Assembly: GCF_964355755.1 (NCBI RefSeq)
Contig: NC_092677.1
Span: forward strand, 6,222,101 to 6,286,100
Direction: 5' to 3'
Source of the DNA: Antedon mediterranea
Taxonomy: Eukaryota > Animalia > Echinodermata
DNA length: 64,000 nt
The translations under genes and the position numbers were made by a program. Numbering within the stretch: position 1 is the stretch's first letter; every line of letters starts with the position of its first letter. This document shows, piece after piece, positions 14,101 to 26,400 of this stretch. The notes under the pieces were generated by a model that saw only the letters and a program-made list of their open reading frames with translations, was not told where the DNA came from and did no database searches.

Positions 14101-15757
14101 AATCATATTTCAGTTTAAACATGATACAGTACTATTTTAACCAAAGAATCTTACCTTTCCTCCCCACAATGCATTCAAGACCTACCAAAAAACTGTAAGA
14201 TTGATCTAAAAAAAAAAAAATTAAATACAGTAATTACTACTGTATTCATTGCAGCATTACATTATCAATATTTACATTATATAATAAGCATTTAAACCAT
14301 ACAAAATTAACAATTTTGTTCGACTAACACCCAGTACTGGTCACACCATTGACTTACAAATACATAAACTTCATTACTATACTAAACAGTACAAGACTAG
14401 TACTACTGTACTAGCTATCTAAGTCTAGGGATTAGAGGGCACCTTCTAGCCAGACTTTATTATTATTGGATTTATTTAGCTAGGCTGACAACCGCTCTAC
14501 TCATAGATAGTTTAGACTAGAGGGACTATCTACCTAACCTAGGCTAAGCTACTAGGTAAGATAGGACCTACTATTCCTCGCCATGCACTGGACTGTCACT
14601 TGCTTGACAGTCAGTGACTGGTGCGCAACAGGCGATCGGGTCCATTTCTTATGGGCCCAAACGTCTTATACGTTGAGCCCAATCGTCTTAGAGGTAGGTG
14701 TTGGTCCCGATAGTCTTAATCGTTGAGTTGAGCTCGACAGTTCCAACATTAGTGAAATATTGTGTTATTACAGTAATTTTGATCGTATGTGTGTGGGACC
14801 CACTGACTGTGCCTCCTCCAGCTTCCGGAGACTTGATTGGTGTGCTTTTATTTCATTCTATTTTGCTACCAAAAATATACCATCTAGCAGAAACAGGCCT
14901 TATGAATGGTTTAGTAATACTAATACTTATTATTATTATGCGCACAACACCATGTGCCAAATGTTAGAAAATGTGCACAGAAAAATTTAATATTAATAAA
15001 ACTAGGCTTATTCTTAAAAAATATTTTATAATTCTTTTACATACATATAGGCCTAGTAGTAGGCCCCACCCTAGCCTAGCTAGTTACTATGGTTTACTAG
15101 GCTAGGGCCTAGCAGTAGTACTAGGCCTACCTAGGCCGGATTTAGTAGTAGTCTACGCCTACTAGCTAGATAGAGGTAGGGGCCTAGAGAGGCTAGGCCT
15201 AGATTATGAATTATAATTACATTTGTATCATCACAATACATTCACTAACGAACTTCTTGAAAGAACACCTTATTTATTCAATTATTAATTCAATTCATTT
15301 TCGTGAGCCCAATCGTCTTTTAAACTTTATTTTAGAATGGGCCCGCAGGGAACATTTTCGCCAGTGTAGCGTAGCAAAAAGCTATACAAAACAACCTTAT
15401 TGCTACACATTTTGAAAATTGTGTAGCAAAAAATACAATACAAAACTATGTTTCTCGACTTAAAAATCAGTTTGATTAGCAATATTGCTAAACAAAATTT
15501 TTAAATGAAAATTTTCCCTGGCCCGATCTTCTAATTATGTTGGGCCTGAACGTTCACACGAGTTCAATCGTCTTGGAATGGGCCCGCCGATCGTCTGGGT
15601 TGGGTGAGCCCGATCGTCTGACAATAATCGCAAAGCCAGCTAGAGGGCCTAGCCACTAGGATATAAGAAGAGGTCTGCCTATCGGTAAACAGGCAACTTA
15701 TTTGCAGTGCAGATTTTAAAATGTCATACCACTCCTTAAACTCCGCAAAATCCACAT
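5174..15757 (-). CDS. NBN: Nibrin / NBS1 (MRN complex). Exons approx. 15757-15730, 14205-14155, 14001-13919, 13553-13402, 12899-12740, 11478-11375, 11117-11000, 10528-10335, 9962-9870, 9721-9546, 9422-8873, 8131-8048, 6094-5921, 5542-5435, 5260-5174
   Basis: The spliced GT-AG model gives MWILRS.., an FHA domain (VGRK..ITNDQSISRKHA..LKDSSKYGT), BRCT repeats (LGGHYVTNWSKECTHLVM..TVKVICAL; FKDKKFVF; EIGLAVLY), the MRE11-binding motif VKNFKRFKK, PRIIGGDDL and an ATM-binding-like end IADELFKN..KRKKF*. Confidence 0.95.
7304..8047 (-). CDS. In-frame read-through extension of the NBN exon 8131-8048 encoding an SGNH/GDSL esterase-like domain (LINE ORF1 type); putative alternative terminal exon
   Basis: 247 open codons follow the internal donor CAG|GTAATA. 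Motifs IIGDSM, MRGA, VIHAGTND, ISGICPR, FIDHT, HGLHLNKRGT. AATAAA lies about 105 nt past the stop (7199-7194). Confidence 0.65.
   Translation of the reverse strand, partial: VIKKNLFNKPVNPLSTYRQRRSFDTSSESEGGEVFSAEEKSTILVNIELTHSSNKNISRQRSFDEVITTKNFIIGDSMIKHINVYGLADTSIKCMRGAVVRQIFAAVKKIDLTKVVNVVIHAGTNDCSNYGFTVDNLCKDFQEFTSHLKQEISGHVFISGICPRSDNLNYNECVSKANDMLKNEYGELFIDHTSVFTNENGIDSTKFTWHGLHLNKRGTSFLVHSINRMLPITRGSRPFEYRGSFTR
8150..8495 (-). mobile_element. tRNA-derived SINE with Deu/Nin-like central domain, in an NBN intron
   Basis: A box TGGCCGAGCGGTTAAG and B box GGTTCGAGGCC; central GTCTTCTCGGATAAGGACTATAAACCGTAGGTCC..TAAAGAACCC..TTCGAAAAGAGTAGGGG resembles the Deu domain; A-rich tail. Confidence 0.7.
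8611..8740. mobile_element. Short MITE family (TIR AGCTCTGTCTACACTATCAAACT..AGTTTGATAGTGTAGAC), copy 1
   Basis: Terminal inverted repeats and internal GTGATGTGCCCA/TTGGGCACATCAC. Related copies at about 6880-6970, 17850-17987, 18690-18818, 22093-22210, 24432-24540, 26805-26842, 41028-41187, 62080-62170. Confidence 0.8.
11601..12610 (-). mobile_element. tRNA-derived SINE with an L2-type 3' tail, split by a LINE insertion
   Basis: A-box half at about 12600-12562 (GTGGCGCAGTGTGTTGG), B box GGTTCGAATCC at about 11866-11856, 3' end AAAGCGCCTTTGAG..GGCGCTATATAAAT followed by (TTA)n. Confidence 0.65.
11868..12562 (-). mobile_element. 5'-truncated L2/CR1-group LINE fragment (C-terminal end of ORF2 plus 3' UTR)
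   Basis: ORF DLGIMLDSNLTM..HSFVTSKIDIGNALLFG..LQRLQNMAARIV..HITPVLMDLHWLPV..FKTNLKTSLF; 3' stem-loop and (TTA)n tail. Confidence 0.85.
13009..13250 (+). mobile_element. Dispersed SINE-like repeat; second copy at about 25185-25362
   Basis: The two copies share GGAGTGGA.TTGTGGCTTGGTGG.TATGATGCTT..TGTGAACAGGATTGCCAC..GATAGTGAATGAATTCGCTTATGGTTA. Confidence 0.65.
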
Positions 15758-16033
15758 CTTCCCATTTCATTTTCCTTTCAATCTAGGCTATAAATCTCTC
15801 TCGTGTGCTCCCAAACCTCTCGCGCGCTCAAGTTTCTGAAAAAAACCAACCATGTGCGGGTTTTTTTCTGACGTATGACGTGACATCAGACGGCTAGAGT
15901 GTAGCTAGCTAGCTAGCTGCTACACAATTTCAAAATTAGAGGGCGATGTTTTATTTTTTTGTGTGTGGCCGCCGTCCGTATTGTTGAGCCGTACTGCACG
16001 GAAAGAAACATTTGGAAGAACATTTAATTGAAA
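15758..16033. promoter_or_regulatory. Bidirectional promoter and 5' UTRs between NBN and the divergent gene
   Basis: Start codons are only 276 bp apart and head-to-head; CpG-richer segment with CRE-like TGACGTATGACGTGACATCA (about 15868-15888). Confidence 0.6.
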
Positions 16034-17826
16034 ATGTCTGAAAATACAATAAATCAAAATAATTATGGTTTGGTAGACAACGAAACCAGTCATAGAAACA
16101 TTGAAGTTGCGTTTTCAAAGGATATGTCACCAATAAGTAAGTCCACTGTCAGACAAACGAAGGAAAGTGATGTAAAACCAGGCCTAGATTTCCAAATTCT
16201 TGAAACACTAGCTTCAGTGGCCACGACAAGCGACCCGACAAGCCTGCTAATTCAACAGCAACAACAACAGCATCAACCGACATACCCGGTCGGCTTGCCC
16301 CATTCAGATAAACATGAACTAGTTGATGCCTTAAACAGGGGTGATCTGACTCTTATGGAAATTCCACCTAAAAATCCACCAACAATCCTCGATTCTAGGC
16401 CTAGTCATTGTGGATTTAATCTGGAATCATCAGAAGCCAACAAAATGGTGAAGAAACGAAAAAGAAAAAACATGCTGCAGAAATTAAAAACAGAAAAGTG
16501 TGGTCCTGAAAACCGTAGTAAAATAGGAAAAAAGAAAACTGGATCGAAGAAGAAGAAAATGAAGTTAGTGGGAATCTCACCAGAAATGAGCACTTCACGG
16601 ATGCCTTCAGCAAGTGCCATTCTTGATACACCCCCAAGAGAAGGCATGGACAAAGAGATTGAATTAATCCGAAATTTCAAATGCGAGTGTAAATATGGCG
16701 GAGAGGGAGAATCGTGCATTAGACAATTTAATAATTCTGCTGTCTTGCAGCTTAGGTACTCTATGTCAGATGTAACCTCATATGAGAAAGACTTGCTACT
16801 TCTTGGAAAGTTAAGTTGTACAATAAATGTTTCTAGATTAACAAATTGTACCCGAAGACGAGAGCAGAAAGAAAGGCAACAACAGAGAATATTGTATTAT
16901 GTTGAGAATCATAGAGTTTGCAGAGCGACATTTAAATTTATGCACAAGTAAGCAAACATTTTATAAATAACCCTATTGGGCTATTTTTTCATTGTGGTAA
17001 TCCAAAACAAAGCCTAGAGAAAATGAATATTGTGTCTTATAGTCAAACGGTACTGTATCTAAAAAACTTTCATGATAGATACGTGTAGGTTAATTCTGAA
17101 AGTGGTTCTTACAAGCTAAAATAGACCTAGTTGATATTTATAAACAAAGTTTTATAATTATAGACTTTATGCATATTGACTTCGATAATACTTTAATACA
17201 TATTTCACTTTTTTTCTTGTAGAATTAGTCAAAATAAATTAACAGCTCTCATCAAGTGGTACAAAGATCATGGGTTAACCCCGAGAAAGAAGCGTATCGG
17301 AGGAAAAAAAATTTCCAAAGATGTCACAGATCGTAAATTGCCAAAAAAGAAACCCAGCCCTCCTGAATCACCGATTGCTATGCCCAAAACTGATGTTACA
17401 GCGCAACAACAGCAGACACAACAGAAACAGCAGCAACAAAAACGTCAAAAGCAGGTACCACCACAGCAACATCTTCAACAACCACCACAACTGCAAGCTC
17501 CACCTGTAATTCAGCAGGTTTCGCAACCTCAACGTGTGGCGATCAGTCAAACCCAGCAACCGACATCACAACCACACCAGCATCAACAACAACATGTCCA
17601 ACAAGTCCAACAAGTTCAACATGTCCAACATGCATTCCTTCAGCAGAGTTTGATGCGCCAGACAGGACCACAGCAGATGGCAGCGATGCAAGTGCACCAA
17701 CAGCACCCATCTCAGCAGTACATCCCTCCGCAATTCCATCATCACGGTCAGCCAATGCAGTACCACCATCTACTAACACCACAACAACAGGCTTATTCAA
17801 TGCCACAGCCAAACTACATGCAGTAG
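16034..17826 (+). CDS. Uncharacterised nuclear protein of about 505 aa (exons 16034-16947, 17223-17826): basic NLS, Cys/HTH-like transposase-type region, Gln/Pro/His-rich C-terminus
   Basis: Phase-2 intron AA|GTAAGC..TTGTAG|A joins two long ORFs in frame. Motifs KKRKRK, CECK..CIRQF..EKDLLLLGKL..YYVENHRVCRATFKFMHKISQNKLTALIKWYKDHGLTPRKKR, then polyQ. Confidence 0.8.
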
Positions 17827-17849
17827 TAGCAAGTTCGCTGTGTTATTAT

Positions 17850-17987
17850 AGCTCTGTCTACACTATCAAACTGGTTTGACAAAAAAAGTGTGATGTGCTC
17901 AAATATGGTAGCGATATGACATCATCATGTCCATGATGGGCACATCGCATTTTTTGTCACATAAAGTTTGATAGTGTAGACAAAGCT
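17850..17987. mobile_element. MITE (same family as 8611) just after the stop codon, in the 3' UTR
   Basis: AGCTCTGTCTACACTATCAAACT..AGTTTGATAGTGTAGACAAAGCT inverted termini. Confidence 0.85.
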
Positions 17988-18864
17988 TTATATTACTAAT
18001 TATCAGTATTGATCATTGATCATATGAATGATATTTACAAAGATAATAGTGATAACTTTTAGTATTACTTATTAATTGTTTAATACTACTAGGCCTACTA
18101 TTCAACTACATGCCAGATGAGTACAATCTGCAAAAGGATAAAAAGTGACTCTTTTGATTTGCCAATAAGTAGCTTTTCACATGGCATGTATCCAATGTAT
18201 GAGTCAGATAAGTAAATCAACATTGTGTGACCTTTTACGTCAACAGTTGCTTGTTAAATTGTGCAATGAGTGAGACACAAAATGGTGGATTTAAATCAAC
18301 TTGGTAGCTTAAATTAAATATTTCTTTAATTAATTAAGAATTGGAACAGTAATTAGGTTGCTAAACGTAATTTTCTGACAATAATTATTACTGTTTATAG
18401 GTACAATATTGTGGATTGTAAGTTATTTATTATAATTAATATTCTTTAGGTATATTTTTTAATTGATTTAATTCATTATTTAAATTAATATTCATTATTA
18501 TAGAATGGTTCTATGTCAATTTGAATTCATACTTTTTGTTTGCTGCCCTCAGTAAATTATTAGCAATATTTGAGAAATTTATATAATTAACTAAAAATAA
18601 AACCTGCACTGTAAATCTAAAATCCCAAAAGAAACATATTAAATGTTTTTTTTTTTTTTATTAGAAAGCTTCATGAGTTCCCTAAAATCAGCTATTTCTA
18701 CACTATCAAACTATATGTGACAAAAATGTGATGTGTCCATATATGGACACGGTGCTATCACTACCCTATTTGAGCACATGACACTTGTCCAACTAGTTTG
18801 ATAGTGTAGACTGAGCTTTATGGTTTCTTCGCAATAGTGAGCATTTTATATTTTGGAGTAAAAG

Positions 18865-18886
18865 CAAAGAACTTATAAGTTCTTTG
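18865..18886. repeat. 22-bp perfect palindrome CAAAGAACTTATAAGTTCTTTG flanked by the 7-bp direct repeat GTAAAAG
   Basis: GTAAAAG at 18858-18864 and 18887-18893. Confidence 0.75.
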
Positions 18887-20578
18887 GTAAAAGATGTTAA
18901 ATAGAAATTGTTGTTTGCTGTATGTTTTAGTATAAATGCAAAACTATATGCTTTCATAATAATAGGCCTACAGTAATAATACTAGTGTTTTAACATTTTG
19001 ACTTCCAAGATCAGTGCAGAAGTATGGTGCAATTAGGTATCAGTATAAGTACCACATTGTGTAGAAAGAAAGTATGCAGTGAAACAAAGTTTCTGGAAAC
19101 TGAATACTTATATTTACTTTCTTTGATTCAAGCAACATTGCTCAATTCTTTTATATCATAGGCCTAATACATGATTTTTTTTTATGTTTAAAACATGTAT
19201 ACATTAGAAGATGTTTTTGCAAATTCTGATGAATATTGTACAGAATACTAATTGGTGAAAACATTGCTCAACATACATGAATAGTTTTAAAATAACTTAA
19301 CTAGAATTTTATACCAAAGAATCATTTTTGTTTACTATTTTATTGTTCTACTAAACCAAGTAAAGTTCTACACATTTAGATAGATTTAGATACCACACAC
19401 ATTCAATCTACAAAATAAATCAAATTATTATTCCTAGCTCAAGGTACATAGAGGCTTCTTTGCCTGGGGTACATAAATATTTGCCTTTAAAAAAAGTCAT
19501 GAAATTAATGTAATCATCTTGAATTTCAATCAATTAAAAAGTTTTAATGCATGAATTGAATTCCTGTTTTTCTTTATCAGGGTTTCATTTTTTCCCAAAT
19601 GTGTGAAAGGCAAAAAAGGTAGGCTACCACATGCCGAAACCATGCCTGCATATGTAAAGACTTTTTGGCCCGTTTTTTCATTCAAAATCCAGGATGTCTT
19701 ATCCTCCTAGGCCTGATCCATGGCCCAGTGCTGTATAGAGAATTGAAGAAGATAACGAGGTGCGTGTGTGTAAAAAATGAATGTTTCTGGTTGGTCAGTA
19801 ATTCTTTCTCGTGTAACGACGACGGCGCGGCAAAAATATAGGCTGATCGTCAATGAAGATGTAGATATTGAATTTTAAAGATCTATTGTCCCCAGAGAGA
19901 GACACACCTTACCGGTGACAGCGTTTTGTTTAATGCTTTTGTCTCTCCTCGGCTTCGTGTCTTGTATTTCATATATATATATATATATATTTTTATGTTT
20001 TTTGTAATTATTATTTTATGTTTATTGCCGAAATGAATAAAATAAAATAAAAATAAAAATGAAAACATTTTTTTTTTATTATGCCACTTTGAATGTTCCA
20101 CAAAAACCTGTAATTTAAAGGGGGAACATTTGGCTGCCAGCCAATGGGTTTTGGTTGAACTTATTTATGTTGTTTTTTGTCTGCGGAAGTGATTAACTAC
20201 AAAATGGCCTATTCAAAATATGTTTGTAGGCCTATGATCTCATGTTTTTGGAGGACAATATAACTTTAATCATCCAGAATGTCGAAATATTAATGTCATG
20301 CTACTGACCAATAAACTTCGCCTACCAATACCTTATAGCGCCATCTACATAAGAAGCCAGACAACATCAGAGGAACATACTTCATATCCTTTGTAATTTC
20401 TTTGCAACTTGCAAACGGATGTACTGTATTATGAGGAACATTGACCACAAGAATTAAATTGAAAATCGGCAAATTACATATTTTTGTGCAAAATTACAGA
20501 AGGTAGTGTGACTTTCGTTGAAGCGCATGTGATAGGTGAACTGAATTCCACTTTACAGATAGCAACAAAACACCGAAC

Positions 20579-23418
20579 ATGCTTCAACAGAATGTCAAGA
20601 ATTATGGCTTTTACATTTTTCTTTGGAATATTTGTTTACAACAAGTTCATGCACAAGGTAGGTTTGTTATGAACAATATCGTGGGTGTGGAAAAGATAGA
20701 AGTATATGCCTACTGTATACACTGTTTGCTTCTTGTCGTGTGTCACTTGTATTTAAAGGATCGAGGCAGTGACATTAACACATAACAGTCTTCACATAAT
20801 ATGTCATCCTTTGTTGTTCAAACATGTTTAACTTCATTCTTCAATCTGTATTCATTATAATTTTGACATGACCAGACGCAAACAAAAGTAAAAAGAAGTT
20901 AACAAATGTTGGAAAAGAGTTTATTCGTGATGAACGTACGTGTCGCCTGAAAGAACCTTCGTTTTATGATATACCACTTTTTGCCTCTGGATTCCACTGA
21001 TACTCTAAATTTAAAAACAAAACCACACACACACATTTTGAGGCATAGGCCCTATATAATGTTTTTTTTTGTTTCATTTTACAGTAGGCCTATCGTACTG
21101 ATAGTAGTAGGCATTTTGAAACAATAGCTAACACTTTTATACATGCTCCATCCATCCATTAGTCATGGATGTTTAGTCAGATCCAGATGAATTTCAATCA
21201 TTTTAATTAATCCGCGTATTGACATAACATCAAATAAACACTTTCAAAAACATCAGGGAGAAGTGGAACTCACTATATTGACAAGCATGACTAAAACGTC
21301 AATATTCAAGTCTAACGAGTTAGTCCTTTCCATCATTTTAAAATTAATCACCGAATTTAATTCTCCTAAATGCATTGAAAAGGTAATGTATCTTGGACCT
21401 AAACTAAATGTTAGCTTGTATTGAAATATTAATAAAGATGCCTTAATAAGCAATTTGCTCAACGGGTTCGGTATCTTTATTTTATCACAAAAGAAAATAC
21501 AACACAGCATAAATCGCTGAATTGCATTATTTGTACAAAAATGATTAGAATAGTAAACATGCAAAGAAAGACAGCAGGGGCCCACGACGAAACACACAAT
21601 AGCCGCGGTCTCTTGATATGAATTTAAAATCATCATGCATACAAAAAGGAAAATATTAACTTCGTTTTGTTTATTTTAAGATTTTGATCGTCCCGACTTT
21701 CCTTACATGATACTGATCGTTGGAGTACTCTTGCCTGCACTGGTTATAGTTGCATTGGTTATTGGAACTGCTGTTTACTTCTACTGTAATACATGTGACA
21801 AGGGTACACACAGGGGCGTAGTAAAAAGAAACATTAACATGCCAGTTAAGGGATTGTATCCGATACAGTCCAGATATCCAGCAAGTAAGTGCCATGGTTT
21901 ATATATTTTAAATTATATAACACCTAAATAAATTACTGTCATTTGATTGAACGATTGTGGGTCACATGGCGTGCAATAGTACGCACTATTCATTATGCGT
22001 ATACTATATTAACTTCTAACAAAACTACGGAGAACACCTATTCAGGCGACATCCACGATAGGGGCACTGGTTGGATCCTGGGTGTCTCCCTTAAGCTCTG
22101 TCTACATCAAATTTTATGTGATAAAAAATGTGATGTGCCCATGGACAAGATGATACCATAAGAATTGGGGATATCACACTTTTTTTGTGAAACTAGTTTG
22201 TTTATACAGAGGTTTAGGGGTTATATTATGGTGAATGCATTTAATTTCAACAACATTATTAAGCAAATGGACCGATGTTCAATTCATCAATACAAACAAA
22301 GATGGCATATTAAAATGAGGTTTGTAGCGGTTAAGTTAACAGTAGTTGATGTAACTTTTTTTTCTGTGAAGTTAATATAAATTTGTTTTATAGGTGTCGA
22401 TGAAGCATTGCAAGAAAAAGAAGCAGCTAATTCACCAGAGAAGAAATCACGTTTCAAAATGCCAAATATCCGACGAAACAAGAAAGACAAAAATAAAGGA
22501 GAGTCTCAGAAGACAGAAGATGGTATGATAATACCATAAATTGACAAAGCCTGTGAGATGAATGAATATAGATTATTAATAATGTTCGTTGTGAAAAATG
22601 TTTAATTAAAAGCAATACAATCCTTAATAATTAAGGACAATGATGTACCAACACAATGGAACTTAATGAGACATTAACATTGCTTTATGTCGGTCGTTGA
22701 CGTTTGAATTTTCTTTTTTTTGATTGAGTCACTTCTTTCGCCATTTGGTGTACTGGAAATTACTGGGGATATTACTGTATGTAAATGTAGGTTTCTCGTT
22801 TTGCTAAAGTACACATGAATGTATTTCCTTGTAAAATGGCTGTAGTTTGGTTGATTCATCTATCTATACGTTTTTCTTTGTTTTGGTTGGAATAAAAATA
22901 TAAATATGTTTAAATCTAATACATTAATCATAGTTTTATTCATGGCATTTAGTAGAAGGGAAATAGAGAAGTTCGATAAGTATTTCTTCTTTTTTTCACA
23001 GTGACAAGTAAAATAACAATATAAATAAGGCCTATATATCATGTTATCTACAATGCGGAAATTATGTTTTAATTAAGATTTGATTTGGAGGTACAGATTT
23101 CACCACACAGAAACCCTTCATTAAGGTAATATGGTTGCTTTATCATGGAAATGGTTAATACACCAAATTGATGACTAATTGTGACCGACCTGTATCCGCT
23201 CAAAATAGAAAGAACAGCTGATATTAATTGTTCCCTCCTCTAATGTAAAAGAATATAAGTCATATGATTTCAAACAATGTAAATATCACAATAACCATTG
23301 ACAGATGCAGGCATCTTGTTGAAAAAAAGGGAAAAAATAAATTTTAAAAAGAATGTGTCGTTGTGTGAAAAAAATGGGTGTAAAAACTTATTATTGTTAT
23401 ACAGATTCCAATGTTTAA
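20579..23418 (+). CDS. Small type I single-pass membrane protein of about 140 aa; exons 20579-20657, 21681-21884, 22394-22522, tentative last exon 23405-23418 (or read-through stop at 22539)
   Basis: Phase-1-compatible GT-AG exons. Signal-like MLQQNVKNYGFYIFLWNICLQQVHA, TM segment MILIVGVLLPALVIVALVIGTAVYFY, juxtamembrane Cys, charged tail. Confidence 0.65.
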
Positions 23419-26400
23419 TCAAATAGAATGATATGATATTGTTGTTATTAATTTTTAATAGTTATTTAATAATGTCCCGTGCCAGAATAATTCTGAACCT
23501 AGGGAGAATACTCTAGGCTTTGGAAAAAACCCTCGACATACTGGGCATTTAACCGGCGCCTCAGAAGTTTAGGTTCAAAAGTTTGTTATTAGTAAGCTGA
23601 TAGAGATACCCGAATCAGTCTTTTTTAGAGGATGAGGTGATTATAACATTTCCGTTAACAGGTTCGCCATGACGTCATGAATGCCAAACTGGTTTGTAAA
23701 AACCGTTTTAATGATGTGGAGATTTTAGAAAGTTTTTGGTTATTTTTATGTTAATGTGTAAAAAATAACACCCTTTTCGTATAGGCCTACGTATTAATCG
23801 ATACTGTGTTGTTAATATTTATTATTAGTTAATGTTATCATTGTATGATTATATAATACATTCGTTTATTGATTTCACATTAAAACTACAAAATAATAAC
23901 ATATAACTTGTTTTTCTTTAAATTGAGGTTCCGTGGAAACCTGGGAAGAGTGAGATAACATTTCATTATAGGCCCTATAGTATTTAATAAACAAAGTATT
24001 AGTATGGTGGTGTTTTTTCTTGAGTATATCTGTCCTATCATCGTCACTAATACAAAATATATAATATTTATAACTTCTATATTTATAATTTCTAGCAACT
24101 ACACTGTCTTCATACCATGCTATTAAAGAATTATATATAGTTACTTTTTTATGCGCTTTTAAAAAAGTTCTGTAACTTTATTATTGTGCGAGGTAAATAA
24201 CAATACTGTACTTAACAAAAGAATATTACAGAATATTTAGAATACAAATGTGAATGAACCGAATACATTTAGCGTACCATGCTTCAGAGTGTATCTATTA
24301 AAACAGGAAAACGTTTATACGATGAATCAACTCAAAACTGAATTAATCATATCAGTTTTTAGGAGTGTTTTATTTTAATAACGGTATGTTAGTCAGCCGC
24401 CGTAGAGAAAAGTTTAAGAAATTGTGTTTCTAAAGCTCTGTTTCACGTACTATCAAAATGTATGTGACAACACAATGTGATGTGACATTATGAACACGAT
24501 GTCGTCCCACTATCATATTTGAGAACATTTTTTTGTGTCCAAACTTAACAACTTATTCTGCCATCCATTTTCGAGCTACCCTTTTAAAATTCAATACTGA
24601 CGGGGCTGAAGATAACCATACGAGTCCTCGTGTATCCCCTTCGATGGATATTATTGCACATTTCTGACTGTTCAATTCAATATTTTCCAATCAAATATTG
24701 TTTTGTTTTGTTGATGTTGTTTGGAATTATTTGACATCGGTTTCAATTCTTAAGATCCCAAACCCCATTGCATCGCTATAGAGTTGCCAAGAACACTTGG
24801 TAGATAACGCAGAGAAGACAATAGTTTCTACGAGAATTCTACCACTAAACACTAAACTAAATTGATGCTTCACGACACAACGACAAGCTGTTAAAATGAA
24901 CGACGTACTTTTACTATAGAGGCTCTGTACTCAAGTTTTAATTAAACATTGTATCTAAACGGGAAGGAGATACCCATTTTGTAATTTCCACAATTTCCCA
25001 ATAACTAGGCCGAAAGTTTAAAATGGAAAGTCGTTAGTTGCATTATCGTGCGTTAGTAGTATAATATATCGGAGATGGTAAATAAAAAAAATGGTTCTAT
25101 AGAACATTTTTTGTTAAATATATAGACTACTACTTATTGGGCATTGGAGCTGAGCAACGTAAACATCATGTTCAACATGTGCGAGGAGTGGATTTGTGGC
25201 TTGGTGGCTATGATGCTTGCTAACCCCACTTCCAAAGACTTATAAGACTTGTGTACGTAGAGCATCGTGTGTATGTTGGTCTTGTGAACAGGATTGCCAC
25301 CTTTAAGGATAGTGAATGAATTCGCTTATGGTTATTCCTTGGCAATTTTCCTAAATATATAAAAACATTGGGGTATGAATTTCTAGTTTGTGTGTGACGG
25401 GGGGGGGGGGGGGGACCGTTAGTTAGTACAGAAAAAAATAGGATGGGATTACAGTTAGTAAAAGTTGCCAATATTTATCATTCCATGTGTCAATGAATGC
25501 ATACAATATATAGAGCACAAAGTACAAAGCAAAAGTAGCGATTCATAACATTGTGTAGAAAAATGGAAAATAACTGCTCCCACCTGTTTCCGGCACGGTC
25601 TTGGCGCCGGCAAATCAAACGTCAATGTTTCATTTTTCGCGTAGATCGATTGGCGCGGCGTGGACCCTCAAATCACGCATTCAGTGACGTATCCAATTAA
25701 CAAAAACTAATTTCAATATATTTAACACCAAACGCTCACTTTATTGCATGTCAATCACTAACTCTGTACACATCAATATTCTATGACTGAGAGAATTCAG
25801 TGTTAACAAATTGTTGTGTAGATTGTAGAAAAACACGTTAGTAACAGAAGATACTTAGATATGAATATCAGGCAACTAATTTTTTCTATTTCTAACCAAC
25901 CAAGTATGTGTTAACTTAATCGAAATATCGAATATTAATATTGTTAGAATTATTGTTACCTTTAATAACTTTTTTTAGACTTTAGACGTCATAGTAAACA
26001 ATTAATTATCATAGTCATCTATTGAGAATGTTCACAGCTTTTGAGGTAATTAATGGTAACATTTACTGAAATTGTTTATGTTTCATACTAAATTTTTAGC
26101 CGAATTGGTAAAATTATAGCACAATAAAATAACTCCATTTTCATTAGATACAGTATTTAAATATGTTATACATTAAAAGGAAACTCCAGTTTTAAAATTA
26201 ATAATTTTTTAAAAGATTGTTTTATTTCATTGTGTTTTTAAACATTTTTGTCTTGAATGACTCCTACTGTTTTAACAGAAGATGTAACGATTGTCTACAA
26301 ATTGAGAATAATAAACTATACTGTACAATTAATATGGATATTAGAATAATGAATGCACGTTGAGAATGACATGTTTAACAAACTGTATTTAGAATTTTAA

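Noticed and set aside
15564-15770. 68-aa ORF MKWEDVDF.. as the NBN start
   Set aside because: Wrong frame; the NBN start is ATG TGG ATT at 15757 with a donor at 15729
19800-19960. Minus-strand donor CCG|GTAAGG in a CpG-richer patch
   Set aside because: Isolated splice-like site with no ORF or partner exon
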